Shown here piece by piece: positions 39,342 to 52,316 of a stretch of 64,000 bases of DNA. How positions within the stretch are numbered: the stretch's first letter is position 1; the number at the start of each line of letters is the position of its first letter. The DNA is taken from the IMG/VR virus record IMGVR_UViG_3300021387_000087; one strand, given 5' to 3'. The stretch comes from a virus (taxonomy: Duplodnaviria > Caudoviricetes). The notes below the pieces were generated by a model. The model made no database searches, was not told the DNA's origin, and worked only from the letters and a program-made list of their open reading frames with translations. A program made the translations under genes and the position numbers.

Positions 39342-39834
39342 TTCTTAACTCCTTCGCTTTACGTTTGCTATACTCTAACTGTAAATACATTCTTACAGTA
39401 TCAATTGATCCCATCTTATTAGTGAGTTTATTTTCGATCCATGGATGCAATGGCTGTACTAAATCTTTAGATTCCCAAAAACCTATAATTGGCTTCTTTA
39501 AAAGCCACGCAAACATAATCTCCTGACATGTACCGACAGACTGCGCAGCCTTATTAAGATTCACAATAAAATAATCACAATTAATTATCCCGTATAAATC
39601 ATATACATGTCCCAACTCTTGCGTCTCTTTATCTTCATCTTCTGCATCAAAAACAGTAGGATCGATAATGTAATATGTTCCTTCAAAATGGTCGATAAAA
39701 TATTTACGCCAATTTTTCTGTTCTAATTCAGATAATCCAGTCATGGCGCCAGATAAGAATATTACTGGCATTGACCATCGACAATGAGAAGAAGATAAAC
39801 TATAATCCTCTACCAGTTCATCCAATCTATTCAT
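39334..39834 (-). CDS. Nucleoside 2-deoxyribosyltransferase-like protein
   Basis: FLSGAM, WR, IDP, D, SVGTCQEI, KPII. Confidence 0.7.
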   Translation of the reverse strand: MNRLDELVEDYSLSSSHCRWSMPVIFLSGAMTGLSELEQKNWRKYFIDHFEGTYYIIDPTVFDAEDEDKETQELGHVYDLYGIINCDYFIVNLNKAAQSVGTCQEIMFAWLLKKPIIGFWESKDLVQPLHPWIENKLTNKMGSIDTVRMYLQLEYSKRKAKELRNE

Positions 39835-42711
39835 TCGTCACCTCGTGTTATATCTTCCATAATAACTATAGCGACTACTGTCATAATCAAACCTCCACAT
39901 ATAAATCCAATTAAGAAAGTCATTCTTTATTCTCCCCCGACACATATTCTTCAGTCTCAGCTTCTTGTAATTCAGCCAGATACATATCAATAGCAGTAAT
40001 TAACTGTTTCCGTGTTACATCTCCCTCAATGATATGCCCACGAAGAAAACATAAGATCTCTTCGACATGCCATTGAGGAACATAAACATTCCTATTCGCT
40101 TTCTCCATTTATCCTATCTCCAATCTCTGCAACCATCTTATACATACTTCCAGTCAGTTGTAGCAATACATTTAAAGCTTGAATCGTTTTATATTCGGAC
40201 GTATTCCAAGCGTTCGCTGTTGCTTTCTGAATCTGATCATACGCATAATCCATATCTTTCTCATACTGTGAAATGTAACTCATTGTCTACATCCTCTCCG
40301 AAATACCCGTTCCAATAAGCAATTGCGTCTTTCAGCCTATTAAATTTAAAAGACTCCATCTCTTTATAATCGTCTTCAAGACACTCTCCGATAACAATCT
40401 GATACCAAGCATCATCCTTTGACAAATCAAAGCAGAAAGATAACGTTGCCTCAAAATATCGATTATCTCTTTTATATCGATACCAACATAAGTTCCGCTC
40501 TTCATCACAATATTTAAAATCTTCAAATTTCAACATAATCCATTCCTTTCTGCCTCGGCTTCTGCACGCATATCATACGCAATTTTTAATGCCTGTTCTG
40601 GAGTGTCCGCATATATGACAAAAAATCCGGGGTATTCCATTACAGAATGATCATATCTATCATAAATACCGATAACATCAATTTGTACATCAGGTTTATT
40701 TTCAAAAGTAAAATCAACAGTGTAACGTATCTTTTTTGTTTGAAATTGCTTAGTATCATATGGTTTATAAGTAGCACTGTTTTCATACATAGTCGCATGC
40801 CGATTTATAGTATCACATAATAACTGTGCTTCTTCCTCGGTCTCAACAACAGCTACGACACCCCTATCACTATAACGCCCTTCTTCAATTACATATACTA
40901 TCATATTTAATTACCTCTTGTCAAACCATAAAACATAAGGATATGCCTCGTATGCTGGATCATCAATAGACATATCTTCACGCCATATACTTATAGGCAC
41001 TATATCTTCTCCATTATGAAATGCCCCATATCCAGTTGTTTTATTATATCTATTTGGATTACTCTTAACCATAGTTACAAAAATATGAGTACAAATAACT
41101 CGTGCAGCAGGATTTTCTGCTTCAATACGTTTGATAGATTTCATAAACGCCTCATTTAATTAAAAAAATCTAAAATGGTTTTACTACCGTCTAAATGCCA
41201 AAAACGTATAACCATTCCATCCTCCCAATGGCTACTTGGTGAAACTGCAATCGAAGATGTGATTATACCATCTAAAAAAATATTATCACGTTCATCCATT
41301 ACCACACCATGTAATACATTTTTAACAATCAAACAATCTCCATCAGTATAAACTATATTTTTAGTCCACTCATTAGTAGTATTATTTACATTATTTGTAC
41401 TCCCCCAAACATCAAAAGTGCAACAATTACTTTCTCTATGAATGTGCACATTTTCATATTGAGTTTGAAGATTATTTATAGTTTGCCTTATTTCTTCATT
41501 TGTCATATAAACTCCTACCTCATTTTTTCATAACTTCTGCATAAGCCCTTCTGACTTCCTCATCAGATACAGGGGACATACCTGTGAAATCATATCCACG
41601 TCCGCATGTGAAGTCGTCTGTACTAAGAGCACAACCTGCACAACACCAATGTCTCTTACAAAATTTATTTAAATACTGACGCATAACTTCTTCAACGCTG
41701 ATTGGCTTCTCTTCTTCTTTCTGCGTCTGCTCTTCTTTTTCTTTCTGCGCTTGTTCGTATGCACGAATCTCTTCGATGACTTCAGAAGCGGTAAATCTCA
41801 TGAAAAAATCCATTCTCATAATTCCTTCACCGAAAATTTCCCTGAGAGTGGTTAGGTCGTACTCCCAAATCTTCCTTGCTGCCTCCCATGCTAAACCAAG
41901 TCCCTGCTGAAAACCTTCATGATATCCGAAGCCATATGCTTCTTCATCTTGTGGCACACATGATTCTCTCAGATCTTTTTGCCCCTTTTCATATGCCTCC
42001 TTCCTGACCTGTTCAAGGTCAGGTTCAGTGTAGGGCTTACCCAATGCAATCGTCACATATGGGTCTCCATTTTTAATCGCCGCCTTGTAAAGCGTCTCCC
42101 TATCTTTTAATTCGACTATATACTTTCCCATACTCACTCCTCTCTTAAAATTTTATAAGCCATAAAAGGGATACCCCATATCGGACATGTGCCAATTAGT
42201 ATAATTTGAATCAATACTAAAATCGGCAACGAACCTATACAAAAACAAAAATCAAAAAGTGGAATATCAATACCATTGTTTATACAATCCCACCGATTTT
42301 TATACCATGCTTTAAAACTATCCATGCTTCTCACTCCTAACGTTCAGTGCAACGATAATACACATAAAAAGCCAACCGATAAAGAATCCCACTACTAGTC
42401 CAACGAATAATCCAGCTATAAAAAATGCAACAATAGGTGTCATACTCTCACTCCTTTAAATTTAAAATTACCATATACACGATTGTAATAATTGTTGCGA
42501 GAATAAAAGATATAACCACATCAAAAATAACAGCCCCAAGGATATAATTTACAAGCGTCCACATCCCATTTACTCCTCTCCATCCTCTTCATCAAAGTCT
42601 GATTCTTCATCTAATTCTTCATCCATTGCTTCAAGCAGGTCTCCAATACCCTCATCAAGATCATAAACATTCAGCCGCTTGTAAATCATTGTGTCTTCTC
42701 GTGTTCTCATA

Positions 42712-45524
42712 TTACTCCTCTCTATGGATCATCCTTGCACCACAGTTAGGGCAGAAGTTATTCGGTATTATGTCCCCTTCCCTGTCTGTATTGCAGAAGT
42801 ACGTGCCACACCTGTTGCACCTCCTATGATGCCCATCATGTATCCATTCCCCATGTACAACAGGAACAACATTTACGGCAGCAATATCTTCCAAATCACT
42901 TGCAATACTGTGGGCTACTTGATCTCTTCCATATTCATAATCATCCAAACAAAAACTATCTATTTTAACTTCGTAAGATTCCGCAATATTTACCGCATCC
43001 TCTCTACGGATATATTCATCACTCATATTTTTACTCCTAAACAGATAAAAGCAATTACTATACTTATGGACAAAAAATACCAATTGTTAAAATAACACAT
43101 ATTAATTTGAACGCCCATGAATCTAACATAATTGTTTTTACTCCTTATACATCTTTGCTCCACAGTTGGGACAGAAATACCTTCCAGTGTCATATCCGTA
43201 TTGTATTTCCTTACAAGCAGAACATTCCTGCCCACTTCCTGTGTCTCTCCAATATGCATGTACAACAGGAGCAACATCGGCAGGTGGCAGTCTAACTAAC
43301 ATTTGAAATTGCCACGGGAAACCCTGTACCTGTCCTTGTTCTGCTAATCGTATCGCATCCCCTCTGTGAATATATTCATCAGCCATACTCACTCCTTTTA
43401 ATCTTATAAACAAGCAAACGACCAAAATGCAAATGCGAATAGTATTCCGATAACCAAAATCACATCTCCCATTTTTAGTTACCCCTCTCTGCTTTCTGCC
43501 AAACTACAAAAGTCTCTATCGGGATCATAAAAAGTCTGGTCTAAATCGCATATTTCAATCGGCATCGAGTCCATACATCTATGCGCCCTGAAATATTTGC
43601 AATTTCTACAGTGTATCACATGTGCTACATCGGCAGGTTCAAGAGCTTTGATTCTGCTTGCCGACCTTGCTTGCCCAGCTCTGAACGAATGCGTTCTATT
43701 TTCTGTAGAATCCTGTGTTGCCGCATCTATCGCATCATCTCTACGGATATATTCGTCAGTCATGCTTACTCCTTATACATCCTTGCTCCGCAACACGGAC
43801 AAACTCTTTCTTCATAATCAACAATTTGTCCACATCGATTACATTTGTAAGAATAGTCATTATACCTTTTATCATCATCGGTATATTTTCCACGTATCCA
43901 TTTTCCTTCGCTATATCCGTATGTATCAACTACACAATCATCACCCATTATCATCCTCCGCTTCTGGTGGCTGATTCATGATCCACCCCTCTCTTGCATA
44001 AACTCGCTTACCGCATTTGGGACAGTATTCACGCTGGTTATTCTTTAAATCACTTTGAAACCTTGTGGATACAGGGTTGTACCAAGGTGTCTCGTCTCCG
44101 CAGTATGGACAAACCGTATAGCCGAATCCATAACGAAAAACGTCTTTCCATCTGGCATAGTTGCTCATGCTTCATCCTCCTCTTCATCCTCAATCTCAAT
44201 CTTCTCAATCACCAACGGTAAAAGCAGTGGACAAGTAAACCCTATCAGGACAGCGAGGAATATATCGGATATATCTCCTTTTACTTCCAGTTTCATGATT
44301 CTTTCTCCGCTTCAGCATCCTAACCTGACAAATATCTGTTCTTTTTTGTGCGGTTCTTTACGTTTGCCATAGTCGATATTCCACTTTGTCACAGGGACAC
44401 TGTAATTGTCTTGCCCGAAACTTTTCAGACTGATTTCCAATTCTGCACCTGTTAGACTTAGTTTTTTGCACCAGTCATAAAATTCCTGTACTGTCATGCT
44501 TCATCCTCCGCATCATCTTCTGGCATTTTTCGGCAATTCCAACAATAGACCATTTTATAGTCCTCGCCATAATGCTCGTATATAAATCGTTTTATGCGCT
44601 TCTTGTTCGGTTCACCATTTTTTCCAAGCACGAATACATCACCATAACTTCCGATGTATTCAACTACTAACTGACCACCGCAATGAGGACAACGATTAGT
44701 ATTCTCACTCATTCTTTGTCCTCCTGATATGGTCGGTAAATATCAGTTCTATCCTGTCCGCACCAGAGTTTTCTCCCATCTTCTGTCTCGATGGTAACTA
44801 CGCCATCGTTGAACCTATATCCTGCTACAATTTTCCCCTTTTCCCATTTGCCATTAAAATACATTTCTGCTGGCTGTCCAACAACAAGCGGAAACGGCTT
44901 TTCTTGAGTCTCACGCTCCTGATTTTCCAGTGCTTTGATAGCCATGTTGCGTGCTTGCATAAATTTATCAAAAATCCTTTTGTTTTCACGAGGGGGGTTA
45001 ATTACACGTAAAATGTCGATTGCTTCTCTGTTCGTCATTGTACCACTTGTCATTGTGTCACCTCCCTGATTTTGAAAACACGACCGCTGTGATGTATCTC
45101 AGTTTCTTTTCCTTTTATTCCTGCCGCCTTTACCTCTTCCCAGAACTGGTCGTATCTTTCTCTAAATTCCAGTGCGGAGATAGCCATACGGAACATTTCC
45201 TTTGTCTCTGATTCCGGCATCACGTATATACGGTTTTTAAACCATTCAATTACTTCTTTAATCTCCATTCTTACTCCAATCAATTTTCTGCCCACACCAC
45301 GGACAATAATCGTGTATTCTTTGCAAATCCCCACCACAATAACCACAAGGAATAATAACACCATCATGTATATCCATTTCTGGTTGCATAGGCTTCATTG
45401 GAGTTTGTTTCTCCAAAGCCTCATCTATAATTTCAATGGCTTCTTCAATTTCTTCTGTAGATGGTCTTAAATTATGCCATGCAAGACATCCTACTATATC
45501 TAATGCTTCATTTGGTTTCATCAC
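42712..45524 (-). repeat. Cluster of small zinc-ribbon paralogues
   Basis: 42712-43083, 43138-43425 and 43479-43763 share DEYIxRxDA and V(A/V)(P/H)V(V/I)H; these and 43766-43954, 43941-44168, 45258-45524 carry CxxC pairs, most ending CPxCGx(K/R). Confidence 0.7.
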
Positions 45525-46630
45525 ATTTACCCCTTATTTAATAACTATCTCTTACTCTATATTTCCACGTAACCCGTATAGTACCATATCTTTCAATATA
45601 ATCGTCTTCTGTAACTATCTTTAAATAAACAGTGCGCCATGTCACGCCATGTTTAAAATCATTATGTTCTTTCTGAATACGAGCGACAATTTTCTCAGCA
45701 ATCGCCATAGCTAGTTCTTTATCAGTTGTATCAATATAGAAATCAAATATGTCTGTAAAATGATAATGTTCATAATCTACACGAATGCCATCCACCATTA
45801 ACACCAAGCCTGTCGGAACTATAATGTCAGGTGGAATATAAAATTGAATATCATTTACTTTAGTATCATGTTGCATATACATTTCCCTCATTTTCATCTA
45901 TATCACCATAATAAATTGGTTTCCAACAAACTACATCATAGTCACTTGAGTCCCAGCAACCTACAACATCATCATAAAAATCTACAATAATAGGATATTC
46001 ATAATGCCTCTCATCACATCTTTTAACAATATAGTCCCCAGACTCTGGTGGATCATCATAATGCCATTTACTTGCTTCAAGCATTTTAATTATATTTTCT
46101 TGTGTAGTAATCACATCTCTTAAATCCAATCCCATATCTCCGGGCTGATATGTAGAAAACACTTTCTTAACCACATCTATCATTATATCATTATTCATTT
46201 AATTTTCAACTCCTATTTTACAAATAGCCAGCCCAAAATACATATTACAGCAGCAATAATTTCAACTATATGTCCTAAAGCAATTCCTGAAAGAAAATAC
46301 GGATGTTCAGTAAAAAGTTGCTCATCTGTTTTTGATTTTTCCCATTTCTTAATTATTGGAACAATTATAAAATTTAAGCAAAGTTCATATATAATAATAT
46401 ATATTGCAATTATTTTCATTGTTGCCATTTTTATCTCCTTTGATAACGTCCAACTGATCCATCTTCAAATTCAATCATTATATATTCAGGATATTTACGT
46501 TCCTTATAATATTTATGCCCTATAATTTTTTTAGGAAGGATATGCGCCGCTTCACATTTTTCTGCAATAAGGCGATCTCTATATACAATCCCACAGATTT
46601 CGCATTGATATTGATTAAGTTCTTTCATAT

Positions 46631-47344
46631 TTACCACCTTATAATAACCCACGGCTGATTGTACTGATTTCCTGTCTGCACATCATAGCCCAATTCTTTA
46701 AGTTTTTTTATCTGAAGAGCGGTCAATGATCCTTCAAAAGAATATTCAAATTTCCCCTGTTTTGCGCATTCTTCCATCCGTTCTACCATTTCTCCGATAT
46801 GAGAATCAATAAATTTTTCTGCTATTTCTCGCATCATGGCAGCTGTTTTAAAACTCATATTTTCACCTCACCAACCAATCTTTGTATAAATTTTATCACT
46901 TATTCGTTTTGTATGTATTGTGTATCGTTTATTCCATAATATGTGTTTAGTTAAATCGTCTAATTCACCTTGAAACGCATAATAAAAAGCGCCCTGTTTA
47001 GCGCATTCTATTATATTTTGAGCGAGTTCATCATCAATATCGCATGATCCAACATATTTTGCCGCCATCTCATGCATCTTCTCCGCAGACTCTAAAATCA
47101 TTACAATACCTCACCATTCAATCATAACCCAATGAACATCACCCCGACCTTGTGTTACTACATATCCCAATTCTCGTAGTTCTTTTATGGTTTCATCGTC
47201 CACATTCGCAGTTTGATAATAGTACCGTCCTTTTAAAGCGCATTCTCTTATATTTGCCAAAATAGTTAAAGTACCATACATAATAGACATTACATCTGCC
47301 ACGACATGTGCTTTATCTGCTGTCATCTGTTTAACTTCCGTCAT
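46631..47344 (-). repeat. Three tandem ~76 aa paralogues (family A)
   Basis: Shared (T/S)A...ECAxxG...Lxxx(G/R)Y...IxW-stop pattern. Confidence 0.75.
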
Positions 47345-47683
47345 CTCTCAAACTCCATTTTTAATTCAAATCTATTTGACTTTAGTATCATATCCCAATT
47401 ATCTTCAACAACTGGCTTAATTACATGTACCTGCTCTGGTGTTAAATGACGATGACTATAATCCCAATGAAATAAGAATCCATGTTCTAAGAACGTGACG
47501 CTTTGAATTTCAACCCATCCCATTTCAAGAAGCTTTCGTTCGGTATCTGGTTCCCAAGGTTCCCATAAACCATACATTAATTTCCATAAATCATCAGCAA
47601 GTGCCAGATGCTCCATATAATCACATGGGTACCAATCACCGTTCGGCGCAAGCCATCCTGTATCTAATTTATTAAAAACTTGT

Positions 47684-48187
47684 TTATTCAACGTGTACAT
47701 TCTTTTCTATATTCTCCTTAACCCATTGATCACTTTCTTCTTGTTTCGCTGCTAAATCTCGCTGTAACATTTTAATCAGATCAGCTTGAGTTTCTGTCCG
47801 CTCCATTTCTTCTTCCTGTTCTTTGTAGCGTTTAATAAATTTTCTATATTTGCAATAATCAATATATGTTTTAAATGAAATACTGCGATATTTATAATTC
47901 ACACTAAATTCATTTAACCCAAAATTTTCTGGCATTACAGTATATAGGGGATAGAATTCTTCAAATGTCAATTCAGGATAGTCCCAATCCTTTATTTGAC
48001 ATTCCCAATCATGTATAGAATTATTGAGCGCAATCGTTTTAATTATTATTAGAGCAAATAAGCCCAACAAAAGAAGCCATAACCACCACAATTTAATTCC
48101 ACAACAAAAAAGAATAAAAAAAGCAAAAGCGAATTCTAAAAGATATAATATACAAAAAATTATTTTTCGTCTCATATTAACTCCCAT
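47684..48187 (-). CDS. Membrane protein, paralogue of 50347..50790
   Basis: Two TM segments; FYPLYTVMPENFGL versus FIKLYNIMPEDFAL. Confidence 0.65.
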   Translation of the reverse strand: MGVNMRRKIIFCILYLLEFAFAFFILFCCGIKLWWLWLLLLGLFALIIIKTIALNNSIHDWECQIKDWDYPELTFEEFYPLYTVMPENFGLNEFSVNYKYRSISFKTYIDYCKYRKFIKRYKEQEEEMERTETQADLIKMLQRDLAAKQEESDQWVKENIEKNVHVE

Positions 48188-48646
48188 TTAACAATGAATA
48201 TACTGTCTAGCTTCTGGATACCACGTACAATTATAATAATAATTAATAGCTTCTTCTTTTGTCATAAAAAAATGGATGCCGGGTGCACATTCATGCCAAC
48301 GATTCTCATCAAAATTTGGAACAGACACTTCCTTGCCTATATGATATTTGAAAAAATGATCATAGAATGACATAGCATGTTCTCTTTTTTGACCACCATC
48401 TTCTATAAATAATGTAATATCTAATACTTTTGCTTTATCACATCTACATTTTCTGCCACAGGCACTACTACGTTTGGCGTCCGCTGGTATTTCAAGTGTA
48501 ATAATACAGGGGGTAAGTTTGTGACAATAATCATGACCTACTTTATAACCAATAAACGATCCTTTTTTAGGACAAACCATTGGGAGTATTGATATCTTAT
48601 CTCCCTTACCCACACTTATTATCTTATTAAAAATATATTCTGCCAT
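48188..48646 (-). CDS. DUF5758-like protein
   Basis: IGYK...LEIPADAKRSSACGRKCRCDKAKVLDI...ECAPGIHFF. Confidence 0.7.
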   Translation of the reverse strand: MAEYIFNKIISVGKGDKISILPMVCPKKGSFIGYKVGHDYCHKLTPCIITLEIPADAKRSSACGRKCRCDKAKVLDITLFIEDGGQKREHAMSFYDHFFKYHIGKEVSVPNFDENRWHECAPGIHFFMTKEEAINYYYNCTWYPEARQYIHC

Positions 48647-49486
48647 TTAATTTACCTCATCTATTTCTCGCTCAGGAAGCGCCAACAACTGTGAAATTGG
48701 CATGTTACGATATGACTTTTTTATGCTATCTCCTTCGAAACAATAATTACAATCCCATTTTATAAGGCAATATCTGCAAGGAAATCCCCCATCAGATTTA
48801 TATTTATTATGAGCATATTCACACAAAAAACAGCAATCTCGTATATTCTCGTCAGGAAAATGTTCTCGGCACCATTTTCGTTTATATAGCTCTCTTTCAA
48901 AACTATTGGGAGTGTCACCTAGTTCCTGTTGCATATCAGTCCACATTTGTCTGTGTAGTTTTAACGCTTGCTCTCTTGTCAATTCCATTATTTTTCACTC
49001 CAATCTAATTTCTGTCCGCATTTTGGGCAATGTTCAAATTTATATATCATATATGTCTGACAATTGGGACACAATGGGTCATTACTATGCCAAGACGGAT
49101 CATAAGGACGAGCCGCCTCTAATTTCCTTAATTCATCAAAGCTATAAGCGTATCCGTGAACTGTTTTATTTTTTTCAGACTGCACAACTTCAAAATAGAA
49201 GGGCGCTTCATCACGATCAAGTTCTAAATAAATACGATGATTATCTCCCAATTGAATATTAATATATTTGTCTTCAATAAATTCAGCCGCCTGTTCTGAT
49301 GTTAATTTAATTTTCATTTTTAATCCTCTGGTGTCGTAGCCGCTATTAATACTCCTACAAACTGTATACAAAAACCAATTATTATTGGAAAGCAAGAAAC
49401 AAATATAGTTCCCGTCAAAATAATATTGCCTACAGTCCACGCAAATATAAGAATAGCTATTATCATTTCTATATATATACGTTTCA

Positions 49487-50119
49487 TTATATCAACTCAC
49501 TTTCATAATAATTAATCGCTTCTTGACGCTCCATGAAAAAATGAATACCACCACTGCACACAAAACGTCTGTCATTATCATAATGATCACAGCATACCCA
49601 TTGTCCCTTTATATATATAAATGTTTTATCATAATATGAAACTACAACTGTTTCTTTTGCGGGCGTCCCGTCTATATGCAGAATATCTAATACCTGAGCA
49701 CCTTCACACCTACATTTACGAGAGCCAAAACCAGATGTACGCTTAACCCCATCTGGAATACGAAGCTTGACCAAACGTGGTGTACTATAAACTTGACCAT
49801 GACACACTTTCCATCCAATAATATCGCCCTCGGCAGGACATGTCATAGGTACATATGGAATATGTGTATCAAAATCACAGTCAAACAGATTCGCTTTAAA
49901 AGTGCCATTGAATTCACAATTTATAAAAGTACATCCATTAAATATAGATAAAGTACTTTCTGTGAAAGTGCATTGTTCAAAACGGCAATATATAAACACA
50001 TTTGATACTGCATGTATTTTACTGAAATCTACTTCTTTAAAAATACAATCAGTATATGTTACCGAAAAAGTAAATGTAGTCATGGTAACACCGCAAAAAG
50101 TCTTATCTCTAATTTCCAT
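49487..50119 (-). CDS. Pentapeptide-like repeat + DUF5758-like protein
   Basis: N-terminal CxF five-residue repeats; IGWK...RKCRCEGAQVLDI...CSGGIHFF. Confidence 0.7.
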   Translation of the reverse strand: MEIRDKTFCGVTMTTFTFSVTYTDCIFKEVDFSKIHAVSNVFIYCRFEQCTFTESTLSIFNGCTFINCEFNGTFKANLFDCDFDTHIPYVPMTCPAEGDIIGWKVCHGQVYSTPRLVKLRIPDGVKRTSGFGSRKCRCEGAQVLDILHIDGTPAKETVVVSYYDKTFIYIKGQWVCCDHYDNDRRFVCSGGIHFFMERQEAINYYESELI

Positions 50120-50346
50120 TAAATTTAATTCTCCTTATAATTTAAACGTATGACAGCCTGTCATTATATCATAGAAAAATTCTTTTGCCCAAACAGCAGT
50201 AGGCTGATTATTTGCACCATGATATTGAATCCGTGCAAGATGATCTTTGTTATGTTCATATTCTCTAATTTGAATTATTTGTTGAACTGGAATTGCTACA
50301 CGAATGTTTGTATTTGCGTCAGTTACCATTAAAAATTTGTACTTGC

Positions 50347-50790
50347 TCATTTAATTACATGCTCCTTTACAAATTTATCTATTTCATCCTGTTGCTGTGT
50401 TAATCCACGCTGAAGCTCGCTGATCAATGCCGCCTGTCGCTGAAGCTGTTCTTGTTGGGTTGTGCGTTTCTCAATATTTTTATAAAAATGCCGATATCGC
50501 CAGTAATCGGGGAATGTTTTAAAATCCGTAAGTATGTGTTTATAATGAATATCGTATTCGCTAAGTGCAAAATCTTCTGGCATTATATTATACAATTTAA
50601 TAAAAGCACGATAGGAGAGTTTTGGGGTCGTTGAACTGACCTGACCCCACCAACTACAAAAATAATATAAAATAATAGTATCAATTACCCATATACCAAT
50701 TGCTAATAAAACAATAAGAGGATTATTTACTTTAATTATCAATGTAACGGGCACTATATAAAAGAATATCATTGCTATAATTGTAATCAT
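50347..50790 (-). CDS. Membrane protein, paralogue of 47684..48187
   Basis: Two TM segments and the shared soluble domain. Confidence 0.65.
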   Translation of the reverse strand: MITIIAMIFFYIVPVTLIIKVNNPLIVLLAIGIWVIDTIILYYFCSWWGQVSSTTPKLSYRAFIKLYNIMPEDFALSEYDIHYKHILTDFKTFPDYWRYRHFYKNIEKRTTQQEQLQRQAALISELQRGLTQQQDEIDKFVKEHVIK

Positions 50791-50805
50791 TTATTTTTAC
50801 CGCTC

Positions 50806-52298
50806 CTACCACTCAATATATGTTACATAACCACTGTCTGTCCAAGATGATGAATCCGTATCTATTGTATAACCAAGGTCTTCAAATGTGCTTTTTACAA
50901 AAGGGGAAAGCATGTCATAATATTCACACGATGTTTCACCTTTAAGAACGGCTTCTCCAATTTTATTATTAACGGCTTCGATCTCATCCTTATAACGATA
51001 TATTATTGAATATTCTCGTGCCTTTTTTGCACTGTACAGTTCGTTCATAAATTACCTCGCTGACTTTTACCAAGAGATCAGTGTCATACAGCCGTCATCA
51101 GACAAAATGGTCGGCTGCACCTTTACTGAGCAACCCTGTCTTTGCAGTTTTTTCTTGGTGTCTTTAGACACACGCTCATAAATAGTAACATTTGTCTTAC
51201 CTGCTCTAACAGCCTTTTCGATTTCATCCTGCATCATTTTAAGTTCTTTTTCTGTATTTTTCATTTAATTATATTCTCCTTTACCAACTAATTTTTGTAG
51301 TATAACCGTTGTCAATCCATGAACATTCTTCAATGGTCACTCGATAACCCAGTCCCTCAAGTTTGTTTTTTGCGTAATTAGAAATACGGTCATAAAATAT
51401 AGTTTGCATATCTCCACAATCGACTGCTCTAATAATTACTTGATCAATAGCACGAATTTCATCCTTATATGCACTTTCTTCTGCGAGTTCACGCGCCTGT
51501 TTTGCTGTCCACATTTAAATCAACTCCTTTGCCCCAATTAATATATGTAATGTAACTGTTAATAATACGAACATTATAGCCCATGTCTTTTAATATCTGT
51601 TCAGCGGCTTCACTGATTTCTTCTTTGATCAGACAAGATGACGTGTGCATTTCTGCCGCAGTTCTAATTGTGTCTTCAATATATTTTAATTCTTCTGGAT
51701 AAGTACCTTGTGCAATACTGCGTGCATCTACTGCTGATATCATTTTATTTACCTCCAACTACCATTTAATTTTTGAAACAGGTTGAAGTCGAAGAATATC
51801 GCAAGGAATCCAATCCTCGGTTATTGTGTAGCCATTTGATTCATATTCTTTCTGAACATCAGGAGGAAGTACATCTTTAAATATATATTCCCGTTTCCCC
51901 TGACAAGCAGCTATCATGATTCCTTTATCAAGATTGGATTCCATACTATATATTTTCTGTGCCAATTCTGCCGTTATCATTTTAACTACCCCCAACTACC
52001 ATTTAATATATGTTATATAACCACGAAACTCTCCATCAGGTGCAAAATCTGTCTGCTCATATGTCGTATAACCTAATGTTTCAAGCCTGTCCTTTATATA
52101 ATTAGAAATACGACTATGATAACAGATATACATCTTGCCTTTGTCAACAGCTTTATTTATTTCTTCTTCGATTGTCATCAGTTTATTTGACTCATTATTT
52201 GCGAGTGTTGCCAGTTCTCTTGCACGCTGTGCTGTTATTAGCATTTCGCTCACCCTCCTTTTTAAACGTATCATATAATAAAAGACGCCCACTGTCAA
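50806..52298 (-). repeat. Six tandem small paralogues (family A)
   Basis: 50806-51048, 51067-51264, 51281-51514, 51489-51758, 51759-51995, 51996-52298; most share (T/S)AxxA, IxxA...G, G(Y/C) and IxW at or near the C-terminus. Confidence 0.78.
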
Positions 52299-52316
52299 TA
52301 CTATATTTAATTATCA

